The notes under the pieces were generated by a model, which did no database searches, was not told the origin of the DNA, and saw only the letters and a program-made list of their open reading frames with translations. Positions 42,417 to 52,441 of a DNA stretch of 64,000 bases are shown here, in pieces. Made by a program: the position numbers and the translations under genes. Each line of letters opens with the position of its first letter. Position 1 is the first letter of the stretch. The stretch lies in contig CAWGNJ010000006.1 in the NCBI GenBank assembly GCA_963823915.1, positions 82,225 through 146,224 of the forward strand, read 5' to 3'. Source of the stretch: an uncultured Actinomycetota bacterium. Its GTDB lineage: Bacteria; Actinomycetota; Acidimicrobiia; Spongiisociales; UBA4744.

Positions 42417-43355
42417 TCAGACGCCTCGGTAGCGTCCTGCCATCTGGGCGACAACCGTGCGACATGCCTCTTCAAGGCTGCCCGGGTTATCGAGGGTTAA
42501 ATCCGGCGTGGGCCGGCGCGGTCGTCCCGGCTCTCCCCAACTGACTGCCAAACCCGGCCTCAACCGTATCCGTTGGATGTCCCGGGCGAACCACGTCCAG
42601 GCTTCGGCCATACCCGACGGGTATCGACTGACCGAGTTGCGGACCAGGACCCTCCCGAAGCGTTGAGCCATCGAGTGAGCCATGTCCTGGTGGTTGCCCG
42701 GCAGATGGACCCAGTATCCAATCGGGGTGATCAGGCGGCCGGCGATCCGGGCCAGTTGTCCTCGACCCACTTGATATTTGGCTTTGGTGGTGATCTGGGA
42801 TGGCGCATCTCCGAGAATCGACGTGGCGAGCGTCTGAGAGGTCACAAGGCGCTCTACCACCTCACTGAGTCGACCCTTCGGGAGGGCGCTTAGTTCTCCC
42901 CGGACGGCTTCGAGAGCCTGTGGTTGCTGCTTTCGGGTCCGCTTGGAGAACAGATACACGCTGAGTTCAGGTTCGGAAACGGCCGGGAAGAGGGAGTCGC
43001 CGTCGGTTGTCGCCAGCAATTCGCTCGACCGAACGGAATAGTGCCCCAGTCCTTGGGGATCGTGCAGCATGTCAACCTGGGCGCCTTCCTCACCATCTTC
43101 GGTGAGGAAGAAGGCAGTGGCGGTTCCTCCAACATCGTATGGCCAGAGCGACACCAGGGAGATGCGCTGGGAATTGAGGGCCGATTGAGCACGCCGCAGC
43201 CCGGTGGCTGGAGGAGTATCAACGACGACGTCAATGTCGCCGGTCGGATCAGATGATCTGAGGGCCGCAGACGACTGAAGAAGAGCGAACTGGACGCCTG
43301 CGTCGTGCAGACTCTCGAGCACAGTGACAGCGATGCGGGGGTGGGTGGTTGGCAC
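42417..43355 (-). CDS. nucleotidyltransferase-fold protein (possibly PF14907-like) of unknown substrate
   Basis: PTGDIDVVVDTP is a G-x-D-x-D NTase motif near the N-terminus. 312 aa. Sits within the EPS locus. Confidence 0.45.
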   Translation of the reverse strand: MPTTHPRIAVTVLESLHDAGVQFALLQSSAALRSSDPTGDIDVVVDTPPATGLRRAQSALNSQRISLVSLWPYDVGGTATAFFLTEDGEEGAQVDMLHDPQGLGHYSVRSSELLATTDGDSLFPAVSEPELSVYLFSKRTRKQQPQALEAVRGELSALPKGRLSEVVERLVTSQTLATSILGDAPSQITTKAKYQVGRGQLARIAGRLITPIGYWVHLPGNHQDMAHSMAQRFGRVLVRNSVSRYPSGMAEAWTWFARDIQRIRLRPGLAVSWGEPGRPRRPTPDLTLDNPGSLEEACRTVVAQMAGRYRGV

Positions 43356-43370
43356 GGCTGTATCTCAATC

Positions 43371-44492
43371 TCAGCGGGAACTGATGTCGGTCCAGAATGT
43401 CACGTATTTCTTGGCGAGAGCCACAGGTCCGAACTGCGACTCGGCCCACATTCGACCCTGCCGGCCTTGTCGGGCTCGTTCTTCGGCGCTCTTGGCCAGC
43501 GTGGAAATGGCGTGCGCCAGAGCCGGGATGCTTCCCTCTTCAATCACTAGGCCTCCTCCTCCTACAACTTCGGGCAGCGACCCCGAATCGCTCGATATCA
43601 ATGGTGTGCCGGCGAACATCGCCTCCACCACTACACGTCCGAACTGTTCAGTCCAATCCGGTCGGGACAAGGAAGGCACGACGAGAAGATCAACCGCGGC
43701 CATGGCGGCCGGGATATCATTGGGGAACACGGGGCCCAAGAAACGGGTCGTGACGCCCAATTCTCGAGCCAGGTGTTGAAGGTGGGGTTGGCCGTCACCC
43801 GACCCAAAAAGGGCGACCACGGCTTGGGGTAAATTGGCCGCCGCCACGGACCGCAGCAACCAATCGACGCCTTTCTCGCTTTCGAGTCGGCCCACGTAGC
43901 CAACCACCAACTCCTTCCCGAAGCCGTACTCTTCTCGATGGTCTGCCCGAGAGCGTATGGCCTGATCGAAAGGCTCGAGATCCGGCAGCCGGGAAGGGGC
44001 GACCATCGTGGGCAAGTCCGGCCCCAGCCCGAATTCTCTCGCCAGTCTGATGCCGGCGTTGTTCCACGAAGCGAACCCGCTCAGATGAGAAAGGACCCGG
44101 CGAGCCCTCCACAGCCTCAAGCGGTTTTCGAGCCAGTTGCCGTGCCGCCACATATTGTCGGCGCCGTGTCCGGCGACCCGATAACGGGCTGGATCGATCT
44201 GTGAGTAGAAGAGCGCCCAGGGCTCAGCGGCGACGTGTACCACGTCAGGTTTGAGCCGGTCAACTGTGTCACCCAGCCCCGGGTAGGTCCACCAGAGAGA
44301 GCTCAGCCGTGACCACTCGCGAGGGGAGAAGACCTCGGTATCGATCCCTTCCGGAACCGCTGGTTTCCACCAGTCCTGATTTGGCTGCTTGAGGGTACCG
44401 GCGAGGTGAATATCGACGCCCAACTTCTGAGCTTGGTACCAATGAGCCATTTGGGAAGGCAGCAACGATGCTTCCACAACCAGTACCCGCAA
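43371..44492 (-). CDS. GT4-family glycosyltransferase
   Basis: GYVGRLESEKGVDWLL; EQFGRVVVEAMFAGTPLISSDSGSLPEVV (E-x7-E). Confidence 0.85.
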   Translation of the reverse strand: MRVLVVEASLLPSQMAHWYQAQKLGVDIHLAGTLKQPNQDWWKPAVPEGIDTEVFSPREWSRLSSLWWTYPGLGDTVDRLKPDVVHVAAEPWALFYSQIDPARYRVAGHGADNMWRHGNWLENRLRLWRARRVLSHLSGFASWNNAGIRLAREFGLGPDLPTMVAPSRLPDLEPFDQAIRSRADHREEYGFGKELVVGYVGRLESEKGVDWLLRSVAAANLPQAVVALFGSGDGQPHLQHLARELGVTTRFLGPVFPNDIPAAMAAVDLLVVPSLSRPDWTEQFGRVVVEAMFAGTPLISSDSGSLPEVVGGGGLVIEEGSIPALAHAISTLAKSAEERARQGRQGRMWAESQFGPVALAKKYVTFWTDISSR

Positions 44493-44607
44493 TCCCCGCC
44501 GTCCTTTCGTGACCTAGTCGCACCGGATGCTAGCTCTCGCCTCGCAATGTCCTGGGAAGAGTTAGACGAAGGCTCGGGTAGCATGTGAGCCGTGCTGGGC
44601 TTGGGGG

Positions 44608-46029
44608 TTGGACGTGAGAATGCCGTTCCGAACGCGTCAATCAGACGCGAAGTCGGAGAGTGAACCGGAGGATCCGCCGAAGAGGGTTCTGTTGGTGGGC
44701 TTTCTCCTGTCCCTGGCCGCGATTTTCTTCATGGTCGGGGTGGTCCTGGTGGCCGGAGCAGTCAGCCAACCCAGCTTGAGCACCGTCGTCTGGCAGGGCC
44801 CACCGTATTCGGCTGCTTGGCTCGACCAGGGGATCGGTGACGGAGCAACCACTACGGATCCGTCGAGCACTTCTACGACCTCGACTGCCTCAACTACCTC
44901 AACTACCTCTTCGCCGGTGACGACTACGACGACGAGGCCGCCGGTGTCGACTGTTGGTGGGGTGGCGGTGTTTCCTGGTGATTCGATTCAGGGGTTGGTG
45001 AATTCGCATCCGGGGGGGACGACGTTTGTGATTAAGGCGGGCGTGCATCGGCGTCAGCAGGTGGTCCCGAAGGATGGTGATTCGTTTATTGGTGAGCCGG
45101 GGGCGGTGTTGTCGGGTGAGGGGGTTACCGAGTTCGCGTTTGGTGAGGGTGGTTCTGGGGTGACGGTGCGGGGTTTGGTGATTGAGAAGTATGCGTCGGC
45201 GGCGCAGAAGGCGACGGTGCGGCCGGGTGGTGGTGCTGAGGGTTGGGTGGTTGAGGGTAATGAGATCCGGTACAACGGGGGGATTGGGTTGAAGGCCGGG
45301 TCGTTGTGGACGGTGGTGGGGAACCATATTCACCACAATGAGCAGTTGGGGTTGGCTGGGGCTGGTGGGCAGATTGTGGTGGATGGCAATGAGATTGCGT
45401 TCAATAACACTGCTCATTACGACCCGTATTGGGAGGGTGGTGGCACCAAGTTCATTCATACCAACAATTTGGTGGTGCGGAACAATGTTGTGCATGACAA
45501 CTATGGGCCGGGGTTGTGGTCGGATGGGAACAACCGTTACACCCTGTATGAGGGGAATCGGGTGTATGACAATTTCGGGCCGGGGATCTTTTATGAGATC
45601 AGTCATGATGGGGTGATCCGGAACAACGTTGTGGAACGGAACGGGTTTGGGTATGAGGGGTGGGTGGACGGCGCCGGGATTCTGGTGGCGACCTCACCGA
45701 ACGTTGAGGTGTATGGCAATACGGTTCGTTACAACAACGATGGGATTGCTGGGGTGCACACGGATCGGAGTACGTCCAATAGTGTCTATGGGCCGTATGC
45801 GTTGAAGAACCTGTGGGTGCACGACAACGTGATCGCCATGAATGTCGGTCAGAGTGGGGTAGTGACCAACTTCGATAGTGCGGTGTTCTCGGCGGCCTAC
45901 AACAACCGATTCGACAACAACACCTACACCCTCGGGTCGGCCTCCAAGTACTACCGCTGGCAAGGGGCCGAGATCACCACCAGCCAATGGAAAGCCACCG
46001 GCCAAGACGCCCACAGCACCTGGGAATAG
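44608..46029 (+). CDS. membrane-anchored right-handed parallel beta-helix (PbH1) repeat protein, paralogue 1 (TM anchor, S/T-rich and TTTTRPP linker, beta-helix)
   Basis: N-terminal TM LLVGFLLSLAAIFFMVGVVLVAGA, linker SPVTTTTTRPPVS, then ~360 aa of N-x-V/I-x-x-N beta-helix rungs (GNHIHHNEQLG, VVRNNVVHDNYGPG, VIRNNVVERNGFG, VYGNTVRYNNDG, WVHDNVIAMN). Confidence 0.8.
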   Translation: MDVRMPFRTRQSDAKSESEPEDPPKRVLLVGFLLSLAAIFFMVGVVLVAGAVSQPSLSTVVWQGPPYSAAWLDQGIGDGATTTDPSSTSTTSTASTTSTTSSPVTTTTTRPPVSTVGGVAVFPGDSIQGLVNSHPGGTTFVIKAGVHRRQQVVPKDGDSFIGEPGAVLSGEGVTEFAFGEGGSGVTVRGLVIEKYASAAQKATVRPGGGAEGWVVEGNEIRYNGGIGLKAGSLWTVVGNHIHHNEQLGLAGAGGQIVVDGNEIAFNNTAHYDPYWEGGGTKFIHTNNLVVRNNVVHDNYGPGLWSDGNNRYTLYEGNRVYDNFGPGIFYEISHDGVIRNNVVERNGFGYEGWVDGAGILVATSPNVEVYGNTVRYNNDGIAGVHTDRSTSNSVYGPYALKNLWVHDNVIAMNVGQSGVVTNFDSAVFSAAYNNRFDNNTYTLGSASKYYRWQGAEITTSQWKATGQDAHSTWE

Positions 46030-46259
46030 CCTCAGGGCAATCGGGGTCTGGTGCGTTGGGATTCGTGAATCGCAATCCGGGTTGGGGTAGCCCCGAAACT
46101 CCTCTACGATGCCGGCAAGCGTTCGCGCCTTGGGCGCACGGCGGTACGGGCCGCCTGGATGCTGAGATGAGAGCTGGCCCCTTCGTGGTTGTCGAATGGT
46201 CCACGCTTCGGCCGTCAGGTCTGGGAATACCTGAATGGCTTTGCTGAGGGAGGCATTTC

Positions 46260-48240
46260 GTGTCACGGCAATTGCATGGCACACATAGGGACGGTTTTGT
46301 TGCGGCTATTCGACGCGGGAAACACCGTGCGCACTTCTGGACAGCGGTGGAGCGGCGACTATTGGCCTTGACCGTGGTTCTGGCTTTGGCGATGACTGCC
46401 CCCGCTATCGTCGCAGCCTCCACCGACACTCCATCCCCGGTTGCGGGGGTTGCGGTCGATCGTGACACCTCGAGCCCCCGGGTCGCCAGGCCTCTGGCAG
46501 CGGATCCCGCTGATCCAACCGCGGACGTCGTTGCCGCTCCCGATACTCCCGCAGATCCTTCCGTTGATGACGCGGTCGGCGATGGGCGGCTCCACCTCCA
46601 CCGAGGCGGTTGCGGAGTCATCGACCACCACGATTGGCCCGGTTCGGGGTGCTTTGGTGGCGGGGGTTCCGACGACGGTTCCGACGACGGTTCCGTCTGG
46701 GTATCGGTTGACGTGGTCGCCGAATATGGGCGACTTTTTGTCGGGGCAGCCGTTTACGAATGGGGTTCATGTTCCGTATGACGAGTTCTTTGTGTTTTTG
46801 GCGCCGCAGAAGGCTTCCTCGGTTACGTGGACTTCGGATAACGGGTCGTGGGTGTATCGCGATGATGGGTATCCGTGGCGGGTTTGGCCCGGCGGCGCCC
46901 AGATATGGAAGATGGAGCCGGGTCAGCATGTGTTGACGGCCACGGTTGACGGGTCGGTGACGATCAGCGTCCGCTACACAATGGGAGCGTCCCTGCAGGG
47001 CGTGCTGGCTGCCAATCGCCTTCCGACCTACCCGGGTTCGTCGGCGATCGCAACGCAGTCTGCATCGGCCGGCACGTCAACGGCTTCTCAGAGTTCGCCG
47101 CCGGTGACGACTACGACGACGAGGCCGCCGGTGACGACTACGACGACGAGGCCGCCGGTGTCGACTGTTGGTGGGGTGGCGGTGTTTCCTGGTGATTCGA
47201 TTCAGGGGTTGGTGAATTCGCATCCGGGGGGGACGACGTTTGTGATTAAGGCGGGCGTGCATCGGCGTCAGCAGGTGGTCCCGAAGGATGGTGATTCGTT
47301 TATTGGTGAGCCGGGGGCGGTGTTGTCGGGTGAGGGGGTTACCGAGTTCGCGTTTGGTGAGGGTGGTTCTGGGGTGACGGTGCGGGGTTTGGTGATTGAG
47401 AAGTATGCGTCGGCGGCGCAGAAGGCGACGGTGCGGCCGGGTGGTGGTGCTGAGGGTTGGGTGGTTGAGGGTAATGAGATCCGGTACAACGGGGGGATTG
47501 GGTTGAAGGCCGGGTCGTTGTGGACGGTGGTGGGGAACCATATTCACCACAATGAGCAGTTGGGGTTGGCTGGGGCTGGTGGGCAGATTGTGGTGGATGG
47601 CAATGAGATTGCGTTCAATAACACTGCTCATTACGACCCGTATTGGGAGGGTGGTGGCACCAAGTTCATTCATACCAACAATTTGGTGGTGCGGAACAAT
47701 GTTGTGCATGACAACTATGGGCCGGGGTTGTGGTCGGATGGGAACAACCGTTACACCCTGTATGAGGGGAATCGGGTGTATGACAATTTCGGGCCGGGGA
47801 TCTTTTATGAGATCAGTCATGATGGGGTGATCCGGAACAACGTTGTGGAACGGAACGGGTTTGGGTATGAGGGGTGGGTGGACGGCGCCGGGATTCTGGT
47901 GGCGACCTCACCGAACGTTGAGGTGTATGGCAATACGGTTCGTTACAACAACGATGGGATTGCTGGGGTGCACACGGATCGGAGTACGTCCAATAGTGTC
48001 TATGGGCCGTATGCGTTGAAGAACCTGTGGGTGCACGACAACGTGATCGCCATGAATGTCGGTCAGAGTGGGGTAGTGACCAACTTCGATAATGCGGTGT
48101 TCTCGGCGGCCTACAACAACCGATTCGACAACAACACCTACACCCTCGGGTCGGCCTCCAAGTACTACCGCTGGCAAGCCGGTGAGATCACCACCAGCCA
48201 ATGGAAAGCCACCGGAAACGACGCCCACAGCACCTGGTAG
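46260..48240 (+). CDS. secreted parallel beta-helix repeat protein, paralogue 2 (signal peptide, D/P-rich region, beta-sandwich domain, TTTTRPP linkers, beta-helix), with a frameshift near 46593
   Basis: Signal peptide RRLLALTVVLALAMTAPAIVAAS is in frame 46260. GGSTSTEAVAESS...GYRLTWSPNMGDFLSGQPFTN...beta-helix is in frame 46441. The C-terminal ~1.1 kb is nucleotide-identical to paralogues 1 and 3 (the antisense track ORFs are identical). Confidence 0.75.
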
Positions 48241-48469
48241 CCGGATTCGTTTCCTTTTCCTCGTTTCTCCTTGTCCTTCTCTCTCACACGGCTCGAGATC
48301 GCCGGCTGAGATCCCCATTGGACTGAACCTCGTTCTTCGCTCTTTTGGGGCGATGATCCACTCAACCCAGGTATTGCCAGGCGTATAGGTCTAAAGGCCT
48401 ATGCCGGAGTGCCGATACCTCTCGAACGGTCTGGGACGCATCTGAGCTAGCCAATATCGGGAGGATGAA

Positions 48470-50401
48470 GTGGAAACCCTCAGGAGAACCGGGATGGCGC
48501 TTGTCGTCATTGCCGCGCTGGCAATCCCAGCCGTCTCAGTAATCGGTGGTTTCGAGGAAGCTGCCCCCCAAGAGTTTTCAGCAGAACAGCCAATCGCGTC
48601 GGGGCAAGTGGGCCAGGCGGCCTCACGAGCCGGTCAGCCTGCTGATGACCTGCCCGTCGCACTTGATGAGCTTCCTAATGTGGAAGACCCGGCTTGGGTT
48701 CCATCGGTGACAGTCGATGGGACTACCTCTTCGACTACCTCTTCCTCCACCTCCACCGAGGCGGTTGCGGAGTCATCGACCACCACGATTGGCCCGGTTC
48801 GGGGTGCTTTGGTGGCGGGGGTTCCGACGACGGTTCCGTCTGGGTATCGGTTGACGTGGTCGCCGAATATGGGCGACTTTTTGTCGGGGCAGCCGTTTAC
48901 GAATGAGGTTCATATTCCCTATGACGAGTTCTTTGTGTTTTTGGCGCCGCAGAAGGCTTCCTCGGTTACGTGGACTTCGGATAACGGGTCGTGGGTGTAT
49001 CGCGATGATGGGTATCCGTGGCGGGCTTGGCCCGGCGGCGCCCAGATATGGAAGATGGAGCCGGGTCAGCATGTGTTGACGGCCACGGTTGACGGGTCGG
49101 TGAAGGTCACAGTCCGCTACACAATGGGGGCGGGAACCAAGCCGCCGGTCGCGACAGCTGCGACACGATCGTCTTACAGCTCTCCGGCGACGACTACGAC
49201 GACGAGTCAGCGGTCGAATCCGCCGGCAACGACTACGACGAAGCCGCGGTCGAATCCGCCGGTGACGACTACGACGACGAGGCCGCCGGTGACGACTACG
49301 ACGACGAGGCCGCCGGTGTCGACTGTTGGTGGGGTGGCGGTGTTTCCTGGTGATTCGATTCAGGGGTTGGTGAATTCGCATCCGGGGGGGACGACGTTTG
49401 TGATTAAGGCGGGCGTGCATCGGCGTCAGCAGGTGGTCCCGAAGGATGGTGATTCGTTTATTGGTGAGCCGGGGGCGGTGTTGTCGGGTGAGGGGGTTAC
49501 CGAGTTCGCGTTTGGTGAGGGTGGTTCTGGGGTGACGGTGCGGGGTTTGGTGATTGAGAAGTATGCGTCGGCGGCGCAGAAGGCGACGGTGCGGCCGGGT
49601 GGTGGTGCTGAGGGTTGGGTGGTTGAGGGTAATGAGATCCGGTACAACGGGGGGATTGGGTTGAAGGCCGGGTCGTTGTGGACGGTGGTGGGGAACCATA
49701 TTCACCACAATGAGCAGTTGGGGTTGGCTGGGGCTGGTGGGCAGATTGTGGTGGATGGCAATGAGATTGCGTTCAATAACACTGCTCATTACGACCCGTA
49801 TTGGGAGGGTGGTGGCACCAAGTTCATTCATACCAACAATTTGGTGGTGCGGAACAATGTTGTGCATGACAACTATGGGCCGGGGTTGTGGTCGGATGGG
49901 AACAACCGTTACACCCTGTATGAGGGGAATCGGGTGTATGACAATTTCGGGCCGGGGATCTTTTATGAGATCAGTCATGATGGGGTGATCCGGAACAACG
50001 TTGTGGAACGGAACGGGTTTGGGTATGAGGGGTGGGTGGACGGCGCCGGGATTCTGGTGGCGACCTCACCGAACGTTGAGGTGTATGGCAATACGGTTCG
50101 TTACAACAACGATGGGATTGCTGGGGTGCACACGGATCGGAGTACGTCCAATAGTGTCTATGGGCCGTATGCGTTGAAGAACCTGTGGGTGCACGACAAC
50201 GTGATCGCCATGAATGTCGGTCAGAGTGGGGTAGTGACCAACTTCGATAATGCGGTGTTCTCGGCGGCCTACAACAACCGATTCGACAACAACACCTACA
50301 CCCTCGGGTCGGCCTCCAAGTACTACCGCTGGCAAGCCGGTGAGATCACCACCAGCCAATGGAAAGCCACCGGAAACGACGCCCACAGCACCTGGAAATA
50401 A
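48470..50401 (+). CDS. secreted parallel beta-helix repeat protein, paralogue 3 (intact: signal peptide, beta-sandwich domain, T/P linker, beta-helix)
   Basis: 643-aa intact ORF with a signal peptide, a ~130-aa domain shared with paralogue 2, three TTTT(R/K)P repeats, and a beta-helix identical to paralogues 1 and 2. Confidence 0.85.
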   Translation: METLRRTGMALVVIAALAIPAVSVIGGFEEAAPQEFSAEQPIASGQVGQAASRAGQPADDLPVALDELPNVEDPAWVPSVTVDGTTSSTTSSSTSTEAVAESSTTTIGPVRGALVAGVPTTVPSGYRLTWSPNMGDFLSGQPFTNEVHIPYDEFFVFLAPQKASSVTWTSDNGSWVYRDDGYPWRAWPGGAQIWKMEPGQHVLTATVDGSVKVTVRYTMGAGTKPPVATAATRSSYSSPATTTTTSQRSNPPATTTTKPRSNPPVTTTTTRPPVTTTTTRPPVSTVGGVAVFPGDSIQGLVNSHPGGTTFVIKAGVHRRQQVVPKDGDSFIGEPGAVLSGEGVTEFAFGEGGSGVTVRGLVIEKYASAAQKATVRPGGGAEGWVVEGNEIRYNGGIGLKAGSLWTVVGNHIHHNEQLGLAGAGGQIVVDGNEIAFNNTAHYDPYWEGGGTKFIHTNNLVVRNNVVHDNYGPGLWSDGNNRYTLYEGNRVYDNFGPGIFYEISHDGVIRNNVVERNGFGYEGWVDGAGILVATSPNVEVYGNTVRYNNDGIAGVHTDRSTSNSVYGPYALKNLWVHDNVIAMNVGQSGVVTNFDNAVFSAAYNNRFDNNTYTLGSASKYYRWQAGEITTSQWKATGNDAHSTWK

Positions 50402-50450
50402 CCAACTGCGGTGTGATCTGACCCGGCTGCCGTCGGGTCAGATCCTCCGG

Positions 50451-52421
50451 TCAGTTTGGGACGAGTACCGCGACTGTGATCGATTCCGTCCGGGTTGACC
50501 ACCCGTCTCCGTAGGTCTGTCCCATCCAATCGACTGTCGTCCTGCCGGCGGGTCCGGCATATAGGACGGCACACGGAGCCTCGGCCGCGGCAGGATCGTA
50601 TGCCGCACTGGATTCGTTTGCCACGGCAATCGACGACAGGCGAACATCGGGGTCGCGGTCCTGCAGCAGGACCCAGAAGGGGTATTCCCACGGGGACTCG
50701 GTGGGTGATTCGTCGAACAGGAGGCCGACATTCGAACAGCCAAGCTCGGCTGTTCGATCAACCGCTTCCAGATACCCGCTCATCACATCCGGGCGACTCA
50801 TGAAGTAGAGATCGGTCCGGTTGAGTGTGAAGACGTTCTCGATGACTCCTTCGTCGATAGCACGACTGTTGGCCACGATCGGTCTGGTTTCGTTGAACAG
50901 GAGAAAGGGCAAAGCGCCTACCAGCAGGAGGGCGGCAATCAGCCCGGACACTCTTGCCGATCTCCAGCGACCCATCCGGGTGCCCAACCAGGGTGCCATC
51001 AGCAGGAAATAGGGAAGGTGCAGGCGTGCTCCCCAGATTTGCCACCGGAAGGCGAGCGAGAAGAGAAGCAGCGCCGCGCTTGCCGCCGCGAGGTACGCCC
51101 ACTGCACCGACTTCCCCGGCTCGGAGCGTCGAAAGTCCAATAGGAAAGCGCCCACCGCCGCCCCGATGAGAATCACCGCCACCGCGTTTCCGGCGAATTC
51201 CTCATGGTTGATGAGGGTGGGGAGGTCGAAGTCGGTTAGAGAAGTCCGCCGATCGTTGATTTCGACCCCGAGGGCTCCGTTGACTGCCGTGGCTGCCTCA
51301 ATCAGCTTGGTGTTGATGGATCGGATCGGGGTACTGAATTGGAGAGCTGTGTTCTTGACCAGATTGGCCAGGTAAAGGGGAGCGCTGAATGCCTGATTGC
51401 TGAACACATTGCTTCCGGCGGTTATCCCCAGGGGCGTCGAGAACATCGACAGGTTGCGAAGGTAGTGCCCGGCGTTGACTACCAGGGCAATTGATCCCAT
51501 GGCCGCCCAAGGTTTCCATGCCTTCCACTTGAGCCGTTTCAGGTCCGACGCCACAAACCAAACGAGAAAAGGGAAGGCGTATACGTAAGCCGTTCCCTTG
51601 GTGAGAATCGCCAGACCGACGCTTGCCCCCAGAAAGACGAGGTCAGCCCGATTCGTGGATTCGACTATCCGGCGGTGTAAGCCGAAATAGACAAGGCAGA
51701 GCAGCCAGAACCCCACCGTCAGGTCGTTCTGCGTGCTGGAAGCCTGAAGAATGCCCATTGGCAAGGTTGCCGCGACGACCGCGGAAAGGAGCTGACCGCG
51801 CCGGTTCGCTCCCAGCAGACCGGCCAGGGCGGAGACTGCGAAGACACTGCCAACCAAGGCGGACCATTGCACGAGATTGACGAGCCGGTCGCCGCCACCA
51901 AGGGAAATCAGGTGGCTGATGGTGAATTCCGCCCAAGGATTCTGGAACAGGTTCTGCAGGTAGTGGGTCGGGTAGTGCTCGACGCTGCCTTGTTGCAACC
52001 AGTTGACGACCCGAGCCAGGTGATAGGCCATTGAGTCCCAGTTGTTGGGCGGGGCGAAGATCGCTATGAACCCGGTGGTGCCCGCGATTACCAGCAGCCC
52101 GAAGTAGGACAACCGTTCGCCCCTGGAGAGGCCCTTCCTGGGAAGAAACGAAAAGCGGGGTAGCTTCTTCAGGTGCCGACGCTGTGCGGCAACTGCCAGC
52201 AGAACTACGGTGATCAGAAACCAGCACATGGCGATCCACAGCGTTTTAAGGGCGTGGGCCGTGCTGAGGAACTCAGTTATGGCGACTACCGACAATCCCC
52301 AAAGCACGGCCGCCCGCAGCAAAGCATCCCGAGCCCCGGTTTCGGGGCGGTATAACACCTGGACCAGCAAGATGCCCGGAATAAGAGCGATGAGGGCAAA
52401 CACGGGGGCATCGTCGCCCAC
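50451..52421 (-). CDS. GT-C fold membrane glycosyltransferase (ArnT/PMT-like, GT39/GT83 family)
   Basis: 656 aa with 12 or more TM helices, a large periplasmic C-terminal domain, and an N-terminal loop FAPPNNWDSMAYHLARVVNW of the DxD-like type seen in PMT/ArnT-family enzymes. Confidence 0.6.
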   Translation of the reverse strand: MGDDAPVFALIALIPGILLVQVLYRPETGARDALLRAAVLWGLSVVAITEFLSTAHALKTLWIAMCWFLITVVLLAVAAQRRHLKKLPRFSFLPRKGLSRGERLSYFGLLVIAGTTGFIAIFAPPNNWDSMAYHLARVVNWLQQGSVEHYPTHYLQNLFQNPWAEFTISHLISLGGGDRLVNLVQWSALVGSVFAVSALAGLLGANRRGQLLSAVVAATLPMGILQASSTQNDLTVGFWLLCLVYFGLHRRIVESTNRADLVFLGASVGLAILTKGTAYVYAFPFLVWFVASDLKRLKWKAWKPWAAMGSIALVVNAGHYLRNLSMFSTPLGITAGSNVFSNQAFSAPLYLANLVKNTALQFSTPIRSINTKLIEAATAVNGALGVEINDRRTSLTDFDLPTLINHEEFAGNAVAVILIGAAVGAFLLDFRRSEPGKSVQWAYLAAASAALLLFSLAFRWQIWGARLHLPYFLLMAPWLGTRMGRWRSARVSGLIAALLLVGALPFLLFNETRPIVANSRAIDEGVIENVFTLNRTDLYFMSRPDVMSGYLEAVDRTAELGCSNVGLLFDESPTESPWEYPFWVLLQDRDPDVRLSSIAVANESSAAYDPAAAEAPCAVLYAGPAGRTTVDWMGQTYGDGWSTRTESITVAVLVPN

Positions 52422-52441
52422 CGACCGCCGTCACGCAAGGA

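Noticed and set aside
44899-49978. Identical antisense ORFs (235/247/401 aa) within the beta-helix genes
   Set aside because: They are reverse-strand translations of the triplicated beta-helix module. They are useful only as evidence of nucleotide identity.
44608-50401. Diversity-generating retroelement explanation for the three variable-N, constant-C paralogues
   Set aside because: No reverse transcriptase, template repeat or adenine-specific mutational pattern was seen. Variation is in whole N-terminal modules, not in a variable repeat.
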